Part shown: in pieces, positions 11,850-22,568 of the stretch
How the letters are laid out: each line of letters starts with the position of its first letter
How positions within the stretch are numbered: the stretch's first letter is position 1
DNA from: Leucoraja ocellata
Taxonomy: Eukaryota
DNA length: 64,000 bases
Assembly (NCBI GenBank): GCA_036785375.1
Contig: JAWMAR010000070.1
Span: 3,906,001-3,970,000 of the forward strand
Direction: 5' to 3'
Program-made: the position numbers and the translations under genes
Notes under the pieces: model-generated
Seen by the model: only the letters and a program-made list of their open reading frames with translations
The model's database searches: none
What the model was told of the DNA's origin: nothing

Positions 11850-12170
11850 CAGTGCCGTTGATTTTCACCAGGAAACTACAGGGCGCGTCACTGCTGGAGA
11901 TGGACACGTTGACCATTTCACTGGATTTTGATCCATGTTGATTTGAGGCGGTGCAATAATATTGATGGTGCTGGTGTTTGAAGGATTGGCAATGTAGATC
12001 CAGGATATTGTTGTCTGAGATCTTTGAATCCCCAGATGGGGTCTTTTCATACCAGGTATAGCTAATGGGAAGGGATCCCCGGACCGACTCACAGGACACT
12101 GTCACTGAGCCCCCGAGACAATAGACATCGGCTGGTGACAGACACCCGAGCACAGGAACAGACACGGGTT
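11850..12170 (-). CDS. Gene B exon C2b: Fc-receptor-like C2-type Ig domain
   Basis: 321-bp open phase-1/1 exon; EPVSVPVL..GGSVTVSCESVRGSLPISYTW..YYCTASN..G|GTAAGT. Confidence 0.9.
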
Positions 12171-13052
12171 CTGTGGGAAAGGAGCAAACAGTCAGATACT
12201 GAGTGAACATCTGAAAATCAAACACTCGCCAATATCCACCATTTCTGGATCTTCGCCAGAGCCGCCAGGTTGGAATCGGACCCATCCATCTGCACGGAGT
12301 CATAGAGGCATATAGTGTAGAAGCAGGCCAACATGTCCATCCACACTAGTTCCACCTGCCCTTGCTTAGCCCATAAGCTTCCAAACGGAAGAGACCGTGC
12401 ATTTACTCGATCTATTCGTCGCATGATTTTGTAGCTGCCATAAGATCATCCCTCATCTTCCTGCTCTCCCAGAAATAAAGTCCTAGTCTGCTCAATCCCT
12501 CCCTGGAGTTCAGGCACTCAAGTCATGGCAGCATCCTTGTAAATCTTCTCTGCACCCAATCTTACTTGATAGCATCTTTCCTATAACATGGTGATGAATA
12601 CTGACCACAGAGCAGACATATCATGAGACAATCTTCGATTCTCTTTTCCATTACAGGAATTGCCAGCAGGAAAAAGGGAGCATTGTTTATTTAACTGTCG
12701 GACCCATCCCATCTACATAGATTCGTAGAGTCATACAGTAGAAACTTCGACCTAACTTGCCCGCGCTGACCAACACGCCCAATCTACACTAGTTCCACCT
12801 GTTCTTTCTTGGCCCTTAACCCTCTAAACATATCCTATTCATGTAACTGTCCAATATTTTCTGAAACGGTACGATAGTACCTGCCATAACTACTTCCGTC
12901 GGCAGTTCGTTCCATGGACCTACCAACCTTTGTGTAAACACGTTACTCGCCAGGTTCCTGTTAAATCATTCCCTCCTGATATTAAAACTATGTCCTCCGG
13001 TTCTCGATTCCCCTACTCTGGGCAAAAGACTGTGTATTTACTCGATCTATTC

Positions 13053-13937
13053 CTCGCGTGATTTTTGTGATTTTTGAAAAATATTAATAAATATTTTTAT
13101 TAGAATCAATGTACAGTAGTATAAACCGTGTTTTACATATTACATTTCGTGTACAACTTCTTGTTTTAAATTTATTAATAGAAAAGTAACAGAAGCATAA
13201 AAGAGGAGAGAGAAAGTTAAGTAAAGTAGTGATATTGATAGTTCGTGAAAGAATAGATAGAAAGAACCCGTAAAGATATAAAGCCGTAAAAAAAACGTGA
13301 ACCCCCCCCCCCCGAAAAATAAATACATAAATTAGTATTTTTATTATTTTTATTAGAATCAATGTACAGTAGTATAAACCGTGTTTTACATATTACATTT
13401 CGTGTACAACTTCTTGTTTTAAATTTATTAATAGAAAAGTAACAGAAGCAAAAAAGAGAAGGAGAGATAAAGTTAAGTAAAGTAAAGTTAGCGAAGGAAT
13501 AGATAGAACGAACCCGTAAAGATATAAAGCCGTAAAAAAACGTGAAACCCCCCCCGAAAAATAAATAAATTAATTAATAAAAACAAATAAAATATACAGA
13601 ATAAAATAAAATAATAAGAAAACAAAACAGAAAAAGAATAAAAGGGAGAAGGGATATGCCTGCTTCATGTCTTTCCACACCCCTCACCCAGATCTGAACA
13701 GTTAACATTTCAGACATGCTTGAAATCCACATTTGTTAGGTGGGAGTCTGGTGCACAGTTCTGGTCGCCGGGGGAGTTCGTTGTTCCAGAATTTGAGTAT
13801 ACGTTTTTTTGCTGTTATCAAGCCATGGTTAAGGAGAGAATTTTGGAACGAAATCAGCTTAGAGCCGGCTTCCATTGTTCCAAAAATAATCAATTCTGTG
13901 TTGGGGTCCAATTTTATTTTAAACTCGCATGATTTTT
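13053..13937 (-). mobile_element. L1-clade 3' fragment with about 14-bp TSD and internally duplicated 3' UTR
   Basis: IIFG...QNSLLNHGLITAKKRILKFW matches the L1 C-terminus at 42345-42848; CTCGCRTGATTTTT at 13053-13066 and 13924-13937; empty site in gene C near 31410. Confidence 0.75.
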
Positions 13938-14637
13938 TACCTGCAATAAAATCACCCCTCATCCTCCTGCGCTCCAAGGAATAAAGCCCTAATCTGCTCA
14001 ACCCCTCCCTGTATACCAGGCCCTCAAGTCATCGCAACATTCTTGTAAGTCATCTCTGCTCCTTCTCCTCACAATCAATTTACCAGATTTATACATCTCT
14101 TTGTCTCTCCACCCTCCCAGCCGCCAGAACTACCACGTCTGCCACTTTACCACTACCACTGCAGCACCATCTCTCTTTGTTTTACAATTCCAGCATCTGC
14201 AGTTAATCTTCTTTTAATCTGAAACTCTGCTTTTAATCTGAACATTCAAACGCCTCATTAGTACAACAGTATCAACAACTTTTTAATTTCCTTGCATAAA
14301 ATTGTTGATGGTGATACTGTTGCACTATTAAGGTGTGTGAATGGCGGTATTGTAGAATAGTGTGTAGGGAGCGAATGGGAAAGTGGAATAACATAGAACT
14401 AGTGTGACCGGTGATCGCTAGGTGGTGTGGACTCGGTGGGCCGAAGGATCCGTTTCCATGTTACATTTGTAAACTATTACTAAATATCCGGGCGAACATT
14501 TTTCTGTAAACTCTACAAACTGTTCACATATTTTGTTTTATAAAGCGGCGACCAGAACTGTGCACCAGACTCCCACCTAACAAATGTTTTGCCCGTTGCC
14601 AAAGTGGAGACATCAAGTCACTCACTGACAAACCTAC

Positions 14638-14955
14638 CTTCAGATACTTGGAGATATACTTTAAATGTTGGTTCGCCAGGTGTAGTAATTCCACATCTGT
14701 ACCATCCTGTATCTCCAGAGTGAAGATCCTCCACAGTCACAGTAAATATTCCTCGTGCCGGGTTATCTGTGATTGACACTGTTCCGTTCTGTCCATGTTT
14801 CCCATTTGTTTCCACTACATGTGTACACTGGCGACTTGTCTCACGGCACCAGTATTTTGTGTGTGAGCGGTACACTGCTGCATAGTGACAATCGATTGTG
14901 ATCGCTCTTCCCACAACCCCTCTTACTTCGCTCTCAGCCCACAGTGCACCTGAAA
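14638..14955 (-). CDS. Gene B exon V4: CD300/pIgR-type Ig V domain
   Basis: 318-bp open phase-1/1 exon; KYWCRETSRQC..ITTPGEPTFKVYLQVSE|GTAGGT. Confidence 0.92.
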
Positions 14956-16153
14956 CTGAAGGAAACATCTTTCATAAATTGAAGAGCAAAATTAGCCTTT
15001 CACAAACATATACATTAGAGTATAATGTACAGGGGAGTCCGCCCACTCAATTTCTTAACTCTGTTGAATTACACCTAGATTGCGATGAGAGACAGATACT
15101 ATACACCGTCCCTCACCATCTGCACAGGTCGTTCCAAAGCGCTTCCCAGCCAATGTGGGCGTGAATCGTGAAGAATGATGTATTGAACACGGAGCCTCTT
15201 GCAATTGGAAGGCGCTGTCTTGGGAATCTTGGTCAGTTGCTGCAGTGCATCGTGCAGATGGTGCAAACTGCTGCTGCTCTGCATCAGCGGGCGAGGTTGA
15301 GGATGGGGTGTCTATCATGCGCGACTCTGGATCATGACAAACCAAACACAAGTGTTCGGCGAAATTGTAGCCTAGGCCAGTGCTTCTTAAACTGATGAAT
15401 GGTTCACCCAAGGGCGAATGAAATTATTTTGGGGTAAATTAGTTAATTTATGTTTTTTGCTCATGTGACAAAATCAATTATCTATAAAATTATGCACAAA
15501 GGAAAATACGATGATAATAGCCAAAAGAACATAAGAACATTTAGTGGAGGGTGAATTAAATTTTGTAATAAAGACTCAAGGGCGAATGACACTGTAATAG
15601 TTTAAGAAGAACTGGCCTTGTATAAAATTGGTCTCGCTGATGTAAACCATTCACACCCTCTTCTGGACTTCCAATCTGAGCGTCTCCACACCTACAGGGA
15701 AGTTCTTTTCAAAATTATCTTTGACAAAAGTAAGGGGTATACTTGATGGAGTGACGGCCAAGTAGATTCCAATTTAATTTTGTGAGATTACTGGAGTTTA
15801 ACACAAATTAACAGAGTTAAAATCATGAAATTGGACATCCTTGGTTATAACTGATGATGGATCCAAACATAATGAATTTGGTTTCTTTCTCTGTCTCAAA
15901 GTGCGGCAGCCAGAAAATAATTTTGATGGAATGCACTCAACCCGCAGGTATTTCTCTCATTTGCTGACATTTCTCACCAACTCCCAGGTGAAAACAACAG
16001 GCAATCATTTACCAGTCCCCCAAACAAACTCTCGCATTTTACACCATGAGCTCCCGGTGGCTGCAATGACGCCGTCTGCAAATAACAAGCAATCCATGAA
16101 CATCATCACAAGGCGAATAGCAGCAGGTTCAGGGACACGAGAAGAACACTCAC

Positions 16154-16474
16154 CTGCATTGTTCATTTCTGTCACATAACTGCACGTTCCTGCTCCTTTG
16201 AAGACTTTCACGTTGAGTATTTCACTGGATTTTGTCCCACGATTATTTGAGGCTGTGCAGTAATATTGACGATATTGACCTCCGAGGATTTCACAACTCA
16301 GATCCAGTTGATTGCCAGACACGATCGTTGAAACCCAATGCTCGTTCTTCTCACACCATGTGTAACGGATGGGAAGGGATCCACGGACAGACTCACACGA
16401 CACTGACACTGAGCCTCCGAGACGTGAGGCATTTGCTGGTGACAGATATCTGAGCACAGGAGCAGACATGGGTT
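16154..16474 (-). CDS. Gene B exon C2a: Fc-receptor-like C2-type Ig domain
   Basis: 321-bp open phase-1/1 exon; EPMSAPVL..SCESVRGSLPIRYTW..YYCTASN; CCCACAG acceptor, GTGAGT donor. Confidence 0.9.
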
Positions 16475-16884
16475 CTGTGGGAATGGAGCAAACATTCAGT
16501 CACCTGTATGAACAGTTAAAAACCAAACACGTGCTAAATCTCAGCAGCCCTTTATCTCAGCCCGAACCGTCCGGTTGATATCTCACCGGCTCATCTACAT
16601 CTCTGTGAGTGTGCGAAGCCCAAAAACCGAAGAAGGTTAGAGTTATAGAGAACCGAAAGATGCCCATCACAACAGCTCATTCATGCCGACCAACATGTCT
16701 TTCTAGGCCATTTCCATATGTTCACGTTCTACCTTTATCACTCGCAATTATCACAATCTACGCAAATATCAAAAAAATATTTTAAATGCTGCTATTCTAA
16801 CTGTCTTAACACCTTCCCCTGGCAGCAGCTTCCATATACATATCACCCAATGTGTGGAAAATGTTGTCCCTTAGAACATATGTT

Positions 16885-17250
16885 GGGATGCAGGGGAGGA
16901 GGTCCGGGACAGAAAGATCAGTTTGGGAATGGGAGGGGGAATAAAGGTGTTTTGCAATCGGGATGTAACGAAGGCCGAGGAACACTGTGCGGAATTGTTC
17001 AGCGAAACGATCGCCGAGCCTGCGTTGGGTCTCCCATCTACTGTATCCGCTTGTTCACACCTGGAACAGCGGATATAGTAGAGGAGGTTAGAAGAGATGC
17101 AACTGAACCTCTGACTCACCCGGAAATACTGTTGGAGCCTTGGACGGAGTAGAGGGGGATACATAGGGACTGGTGTTGCATATCCTGCAGTTATAGGGGA
17201 AGATACCTGGGGACGGGGTGGGAAAGGACGAGTTGACCAGGGAGTTGGGG
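16885..17250 (-). mobile_element. Penelope-like GIY-YIG endonuclease remnant
   Basis: FRVSQRFSCISSNLLYYIRCSRC resembles the N-terminus of PLE GIY-YIG domains; longer copy at 34440-35220. Confidence 0.7.
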
Positions 17251-17549
17251 AGTCTGTCGGATTATTAGTTTGAGTCGGAATGCAAACCTCTGACAGGGTG
17301 ACATTTCATACAGTTCAGACGCAGGGAAATGTGCTGAGTATCCCACTTGAAGTGGGTGGCCGCTCAGTGGGACAGAGCCCGCACTGGGTGAGAGCAACAT
17401 GAGTGGGGTTTCCCGACCCCCGCCCGCTCCCCGCAGGTCTCTGCACTGCTGCGGAGCCTCGGGATATCGGTGCTGCCCTGACCCTTCCCGGAGAGAACAT
17501 AGATTAGGCATTTCAGTGGAGACGTCAAGTCAATCGCTGCGAAACGTAC

Positions 17550-17870
17550 CGTCAGATATTTGGAGATGTACGTTAAATATTGGACGATCGCCAGATGTTG
17601 TAATTCCACAGCTGTACCATCCTGTATCTCCAGAGTTAAGATCCTCCACAGTCACAGCAAATATTCTTAGTGCCGGTATATCTGTGATTGACACTCTTCC
17701 ACTACGTCCGTGTTGCCCATTTGTTTCCACTAAAACTGTACACGGGTGATTCCTCCCACGGCACCAGTATTTTGTGTATGAGCGGTACTCTGCTGCATAG
17801 TGACAATCGATTGTGATCGCTCTTCCCACAACTCCACTTACATCCCTCTCTGCCCACACTGCATCTGAAA
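17550..17870 (-). CDS. Gene B exon V3: CD300/pIgR-type Ig V domain
   Basis: 321-bp open phase-1/1 exon; KYWCRGRNHPC..ITDIPALRIF..DTGWYSC. Confidence 0.92.
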
Positions 17871-18440
17871 CTGAGGGGAGAAACTTTAAGATGGACCAGT
17901 TGACCAGGGGGTTACGGAGGGAACGGTGTCTTCGGAAAGCGGTGGAGATGGAAAGGTGTGGCTACTTATCTAGTTATGGGATCCCGTTGGAGGTGGCGAA
18001 AATGTTGGAGGATTGTATGTTGTGTGCGACGGCTGATGGGGTGAAAGATGAGTTTATTCTGCTTACCACCGGGGAAATGTCCGGGTGGAGAGGCTGGCTG
18101 GCTGCCGGGCGGTGGGTGGACAGTGGCTGTTGGGGGTGAGGGCGCATTGACGGGGCAGAGGGAGAGAGGGAGAGAGAGCGCGGGATGGGGAGGGAATGAC
18201 TGATCGCTGAGGTGGGAGCGGGAAGCGGTATGAACTGCACCGGGAGGACTGATGAGCTCTGGGGACTGATATTTTTTTTTAACTCTCCGGGTATTCAGAC
18301 CGCGAGCAACACTTGTTCCTCACTGTGGTATTATAAGTTTGAGTCTGAATGCAAACTTCTGACGGGTGACATTTCATACAGTTCAGAGGAAGGGAAATGC
18401 GCTGAGTATTCCACTTGAAGTGAAAAGTGAAGTGAAAGTG

Positions 18441-18859
18441 AAGTTAAATGCCACTTTTCAAGAAAGGAGCAAGAGAGAAAACTGGAAATTACAGACCAGT
18501 TAGCCTGACTTCGGTGGCGGGAAAGATGCCGGAGTCAATTATTAAAGAGGTAATAATGGGGCATTTGGATAGCAGTAAAATAATTAGTCCAAGTCAGCAT
18601 GGATTTATGAAAGGAAAATCATGCCTGACTATCTTCTGGAATTTTTTGAGGATGTGGCAAGTAAAATGGACGAAGGTGAGCCAGTGAATGTAGTGTATCT
18701 AGACTTCAATAAATCCTTTGATAAGGTTCCGCACGGGAGACTGGTGACTAAATTGAGAGCGCATGGAAGGGTGTTGACGTGGATAGGAAATTGGTTGGCA
18801 GACAGGAAGCAAAGAGTAGGAGTGAGCGGGTCCTTTTCAGAATGGCGGGAAGTGGCGAG
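18441..18859 (+). mobile_element. CR1 RT fragment (paralogous to 270-684)
   Basis: PLFKKG..GNYRPVSLTS..SQHGFMKGKSC. Confidence 0.9.
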
Positions 18860-18896
18860 TCAGTGGAGACGACAAGTCAATCGCTGCGAAACGTAC

Positions 18897-19217
18897 CGTC
18901 AGATACATGGAGTTCTACGGTAAACATTGGGAGGCCGTTAGATGTTGCAATTCCACATCTGTACCAGCCTGTATCGCCAGAGAGAAGATCCTCCACAGTC
19001 ACAGTAAATATTCCTCGTGCCCGGTTATCTGTGATTGACACTCTTCCACTCCTTCCGCGTAGCCCAATTGTTTCCACCATATCTGTACATTGGCGATTCT
19101 GCACACGGCACCAGTATTTTGTGTGTGTGCGGTACTCTGCTGCATAGTGACAATCGATTGTAATCGCACTTCCCACAACTGCTCTTACATACGGCTCTCC
19201 CCACACTGCACCTGAAA
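18897..19217 (-). CDS. Gene B exon V2: CD300/pIgR-type Ig V domain
   Basis: 321-bp open phase-1/1 exon; KYWCRVQNRQC..IATSNGLPMF. Confidence 0.92.
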
Positions 19218-19819
19218 CTGAAGGGGAGAAACTTTCAGATGGAGAGCAAATGAACAGTTTAGTGGAAATAGATACATTTTCAAGATTCCATGAAAGAAAA
19301 CTTAAATAGTTCCATGATGTGTCATATTGCTTCACGGCCAATGTCTCCTGTCTGAAGTGCAGGCAGTGCTGTTATTGTACCATTGTGTCAGTGTTCTGTC
19401 CCCGGGTCAGTACAATTAGGGTTCACTTCCCACTCCAGATCCCTGAGCAGAAACTGGGCTGGGATCGCAGTGCGGTACTGAGGGAGCGCGGCAGTTTTGC
19501 AGGAGCTGCCTTTCAACAATCCCAGGCGGTGCCCGGCCTCTCACCCCACGAAAGACCCTACTTTGCTATTTCATTGGCGGTGACAATTTCTTCACAGCAG
19601 TTATCAGGCATCTGAATCATCCTACCACGCCCAGAGATCTGTCCTGAACTCCCATCTACCTCTTTGACGACCCTCGGACCGCCCTTGATCGGACTTTGCT
19701 GCCTTTACCTTACACTAAACGTTATTTAATATTCATGTATCTATGCACTGTAGGAGAATCGATTGTAATCCTGTATTGTCTTTCTGCTGGAGACGTCAAT
19801 CAATCGCTGCGAAACGTAC

Positions 19820-20134
19820 CGTCAGATACTTCGAGATGAACGTTAAATATTGGATGGTCGGCAGATGTTGTAATTCCACATCTGTACCATCCTGTATCTC
19901 CATCCTGAAGATCGTCCACAGTCACAGTAAATATTCCTCGTGCCGGGTTATCTGTGATTGACACTCTTCCATTCCGTCCGTGTTGCTCATTTGTTTCCAC
20001 CAACACTGTACATTGGAGACTCCTCCCACGGCACCAGTATTTTGTGTGTGAGCGGTACTCTGCTGCATAGTAACAATCGATTGTGGTCGCTCTTCCCACA
20101 ACTCCTCTTACATCCCACTTTGCCCACAGTGCAC
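19820..20134 (-). CDS. Gene B exon V1: CD300/pIgR-type Ig V domain (in frame only from the second acceptor)
   Basis: CCCTCAG-TTCAG has lost one T; the distal AG gives 320 bp (frameshift), the proximal AG gives 315 bp (open). Confidence 0.8.
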
Positions 20135-20206
20135 CTGAACTGAGGGGAGAAACTTTCAGCTGGAGAGAAAATGAACTGTTTAATGGAAATAGATACATTT
20201 GAAGAT

Positions 20207-20843
20207 TACTTCTTCATATAAACTACTTCATCGCCCCCAATGCATTCAGAACTCTGCAGCCCGGATCATCACCCGCACCAGATCATCGGACCACATCACA
20301 CCCATCCTCACTCAGCTCCACTGGCTCCCTGTGCACCACCGGATTAACTATAAGAATTTACTGCTGACCTTCAAAGCCCTACCGCACCTTGCCCCCCAAT
20401 ACCTCTCTGACCTGCTGCCACCATACACTCCTTCCCGGTCACTTCGTTCCTCCTCAGCTGCAATTTTAACTGTCCCCACATTTAGACTCAGCACAATGGT
20501 TGCCAGAGCCTTGGCTGCTCTGCCCCACGTCTCTGGAACACTCTCCCACCTCCCTTCCGTCACCTGGACACTATCGATCAATTCAAATCACAACTCAAAA
20601 CACACCTGTTTAGATTAGCATACCCGACATAACTTCCACCATGTTCACCCTGATTTTAATTACTTAAAATATTTTGTGTATTTTTTTGTTTTTTGTTTTT
20701 TTGGCAACTTAATTTTAATATTGATAATTGTGTTGTGATTTTATGTCCTGTAAGGTGTCCTTGGGTGTCCAGAGAGGCGCCAGCAAATAAAAATGCATTA
20801 TTATTATTAATATTATTATTATTATTATTATTATTATTTATTA

Positions 20844-20885
<42 letters not shown>
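20207..20885 (+). mobile_element. L2 3' fragment with (TTA)n tail
   Basis: Same L2 peptide as 2034-2602; (TTA)n run about 20797-20885; absent before V1 of gene E. Confidence 0.88.
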
Positions 20886-20887
<2 letters not shown>

Positions 20888-21226
20888 GAAAGAAAACTTA
20901 AATCGTTCCATGGTGTGTCATATTGCTTCACGGCCAATGTCTCCGGTCTGAATTGCAGGCAGTGCTGTTATTGTACCAGTTGTGTCAGTGTTCTGTTCCC
21001 GGGTCAGTACAATTAGGGTTCACTTCCCACTCCAGATCCCTGAGCAGAAACTGGGCTGGGATCGCAGTGCGGTACTGAGGAGCGCGGTAGTGTTGCAGGA
21101 GCTGCCTTTCAACAATCCCAGGCGGTGCCCGGCATCTCACCCCACAGAAAGACCCCACTTTGCTATTTAATTGACGGTGCCGCCGGCTACGCTGCCAACA
21201 TTCATCTCTCAACCGACACTGGGCCG

Positions 21227-21489
21227 GACCCGTGTTTTTTTTTAATTATCAAATTATTTATTCAATTATTAAAAATAATATTTACACTACATAAAACGAG
21301 AACCCAGCACCATAATACAAGACAAACAAATATACTACATAAACTACTATACAACTATGTTACAATACTTGTCAAGGTGTATTCAACCACAGGCGGTGCC
21401 CAGATGTGCCGGAAATCCCCCAGGTGCCCGTGGACAGCGCCTGGTGCTTCTCGAGACCCACCCGGACGCGGGAAAGCCGACCCGTGTTT
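21227..21489 (-). mobile_element. Tx1-like 3' fragment with 11-bp TSD
   Basis: GACCCGTGTTT at 21227-21237 and 21479-21489. Confidence 0.7.
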
Positions 21490-22403
21490 AGACATTCACC
21501 GCCGCCAATGCTTTCCAACGCCCTGACTATGGACAGAGGACGGACGAGATACAATAAAGCGGGTCAATTAACGGAGAGCGTTAGTGGCGTGACAACGCAC
21601 ACCGCCAGATTCGACGAATGTTTCTTCCCAGCTGTTATCGGACATCGGAATCATCCTCCCATAACCAGAGCAGTGCTGAACTATCTACCTCTTTGGGACC
21701 CTCGGACTACCCTTGATCGGACTTTGCTGGTCTTACCTTACACTAAACGTTATTTCCCATTCATGTATCTATGCGCTGTAAGAGGATCGATTGTAATCAT
21801 GTATCCGGCAGGTTAGCACGCAACAAAATGCTTTTCTCTGTAACTCTGTACACGTGACAATAAACTGAACTTGAATTTCAGCACGACTGGGCCGCGGATC
21901 CGAGAGCGGATGGAGAGAGAGTTGGGAGTGGGTGGATAGAGCGAGGACAGTGGTTCAGTCTCAGACTCCGGGGAATTGTTGGGTTTGCGACAGAGTTGAG
22001 ATGGACAAATGCAGGGAATATTTGAACTGACACAATGCGTCCACAATCGTGACTTCCACCTCTGTTGTAAACACATTTTGTTAGTGTAGAATTAACTTCC
22101 TGGTGATGCTGGAACCTCTGTCCTTCGGTCCAGGTGTCTTGGAATATCTGCTCCAAATACATTCGTTATGTTATGCCTATAAACTACCATCAGGATGCAA
22201 TTAGACCACGTGTTAGCGGTGGTTAAACTACGAACATTGTCTAGATATTCAAATGTGATTTCAGATCCATCACCACAATGCACTGAGTTCCATCTCGCCC
22301 ATTACATGTCTACACACACTTAAACCATCTCTGCTGTGGAAAGGGTGCACGGGACCCCAACTAACATTGATCATTGGAATATCAGGATCTGGCTTTCACT
22401 CAC

Positions 22404-22440
22404 CCGGCAGCGAGGAGATGAGAAGAATGGGAATCCACAT
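22404..22440 (-). CDS. Gene B leader exon (MWIPILLISSLP)
   Basis: 37-bp ATG exon, G|GTGAGT donor, phase 1. Confidence 0.88.
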
Positions 22441-22544
22441 TATTTTATCCACAGTGACAAGGCCAGCACTTTTCTGTTCGTCGCCTCAGCTCTGAGCTCT
22501 CAGAGACAACCGCGTCTCTCAAATAGCAATGACTTAGAAGGGAA

Positions 22545-22568
22545 CAGGAAGTAAGATCGTGAACCACA
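22545..22568 (-). promoter_or_regulatory. Gene B proximal ETS + RUNX motif pair
   Basis: CAGGAAGT 22545-22552 and AACCACA 22562-22568, about 110-130 bp upstream of ATG; no obvious TATA box. Confidence 0.45.

Noticed and set aside
20656-21016. Poly-Asn and poly-Leu ORFs resembling a TM segment
   Set aside because: Translation of the (TTA)n tail of an L2 element
722-22440. Assigning the symbol PIGR or CD300
   Set aside because: Family resemblance only; interspersed C2 domains, multiple paralogues and TM types do not support one-to-one orthology without a phylogeny
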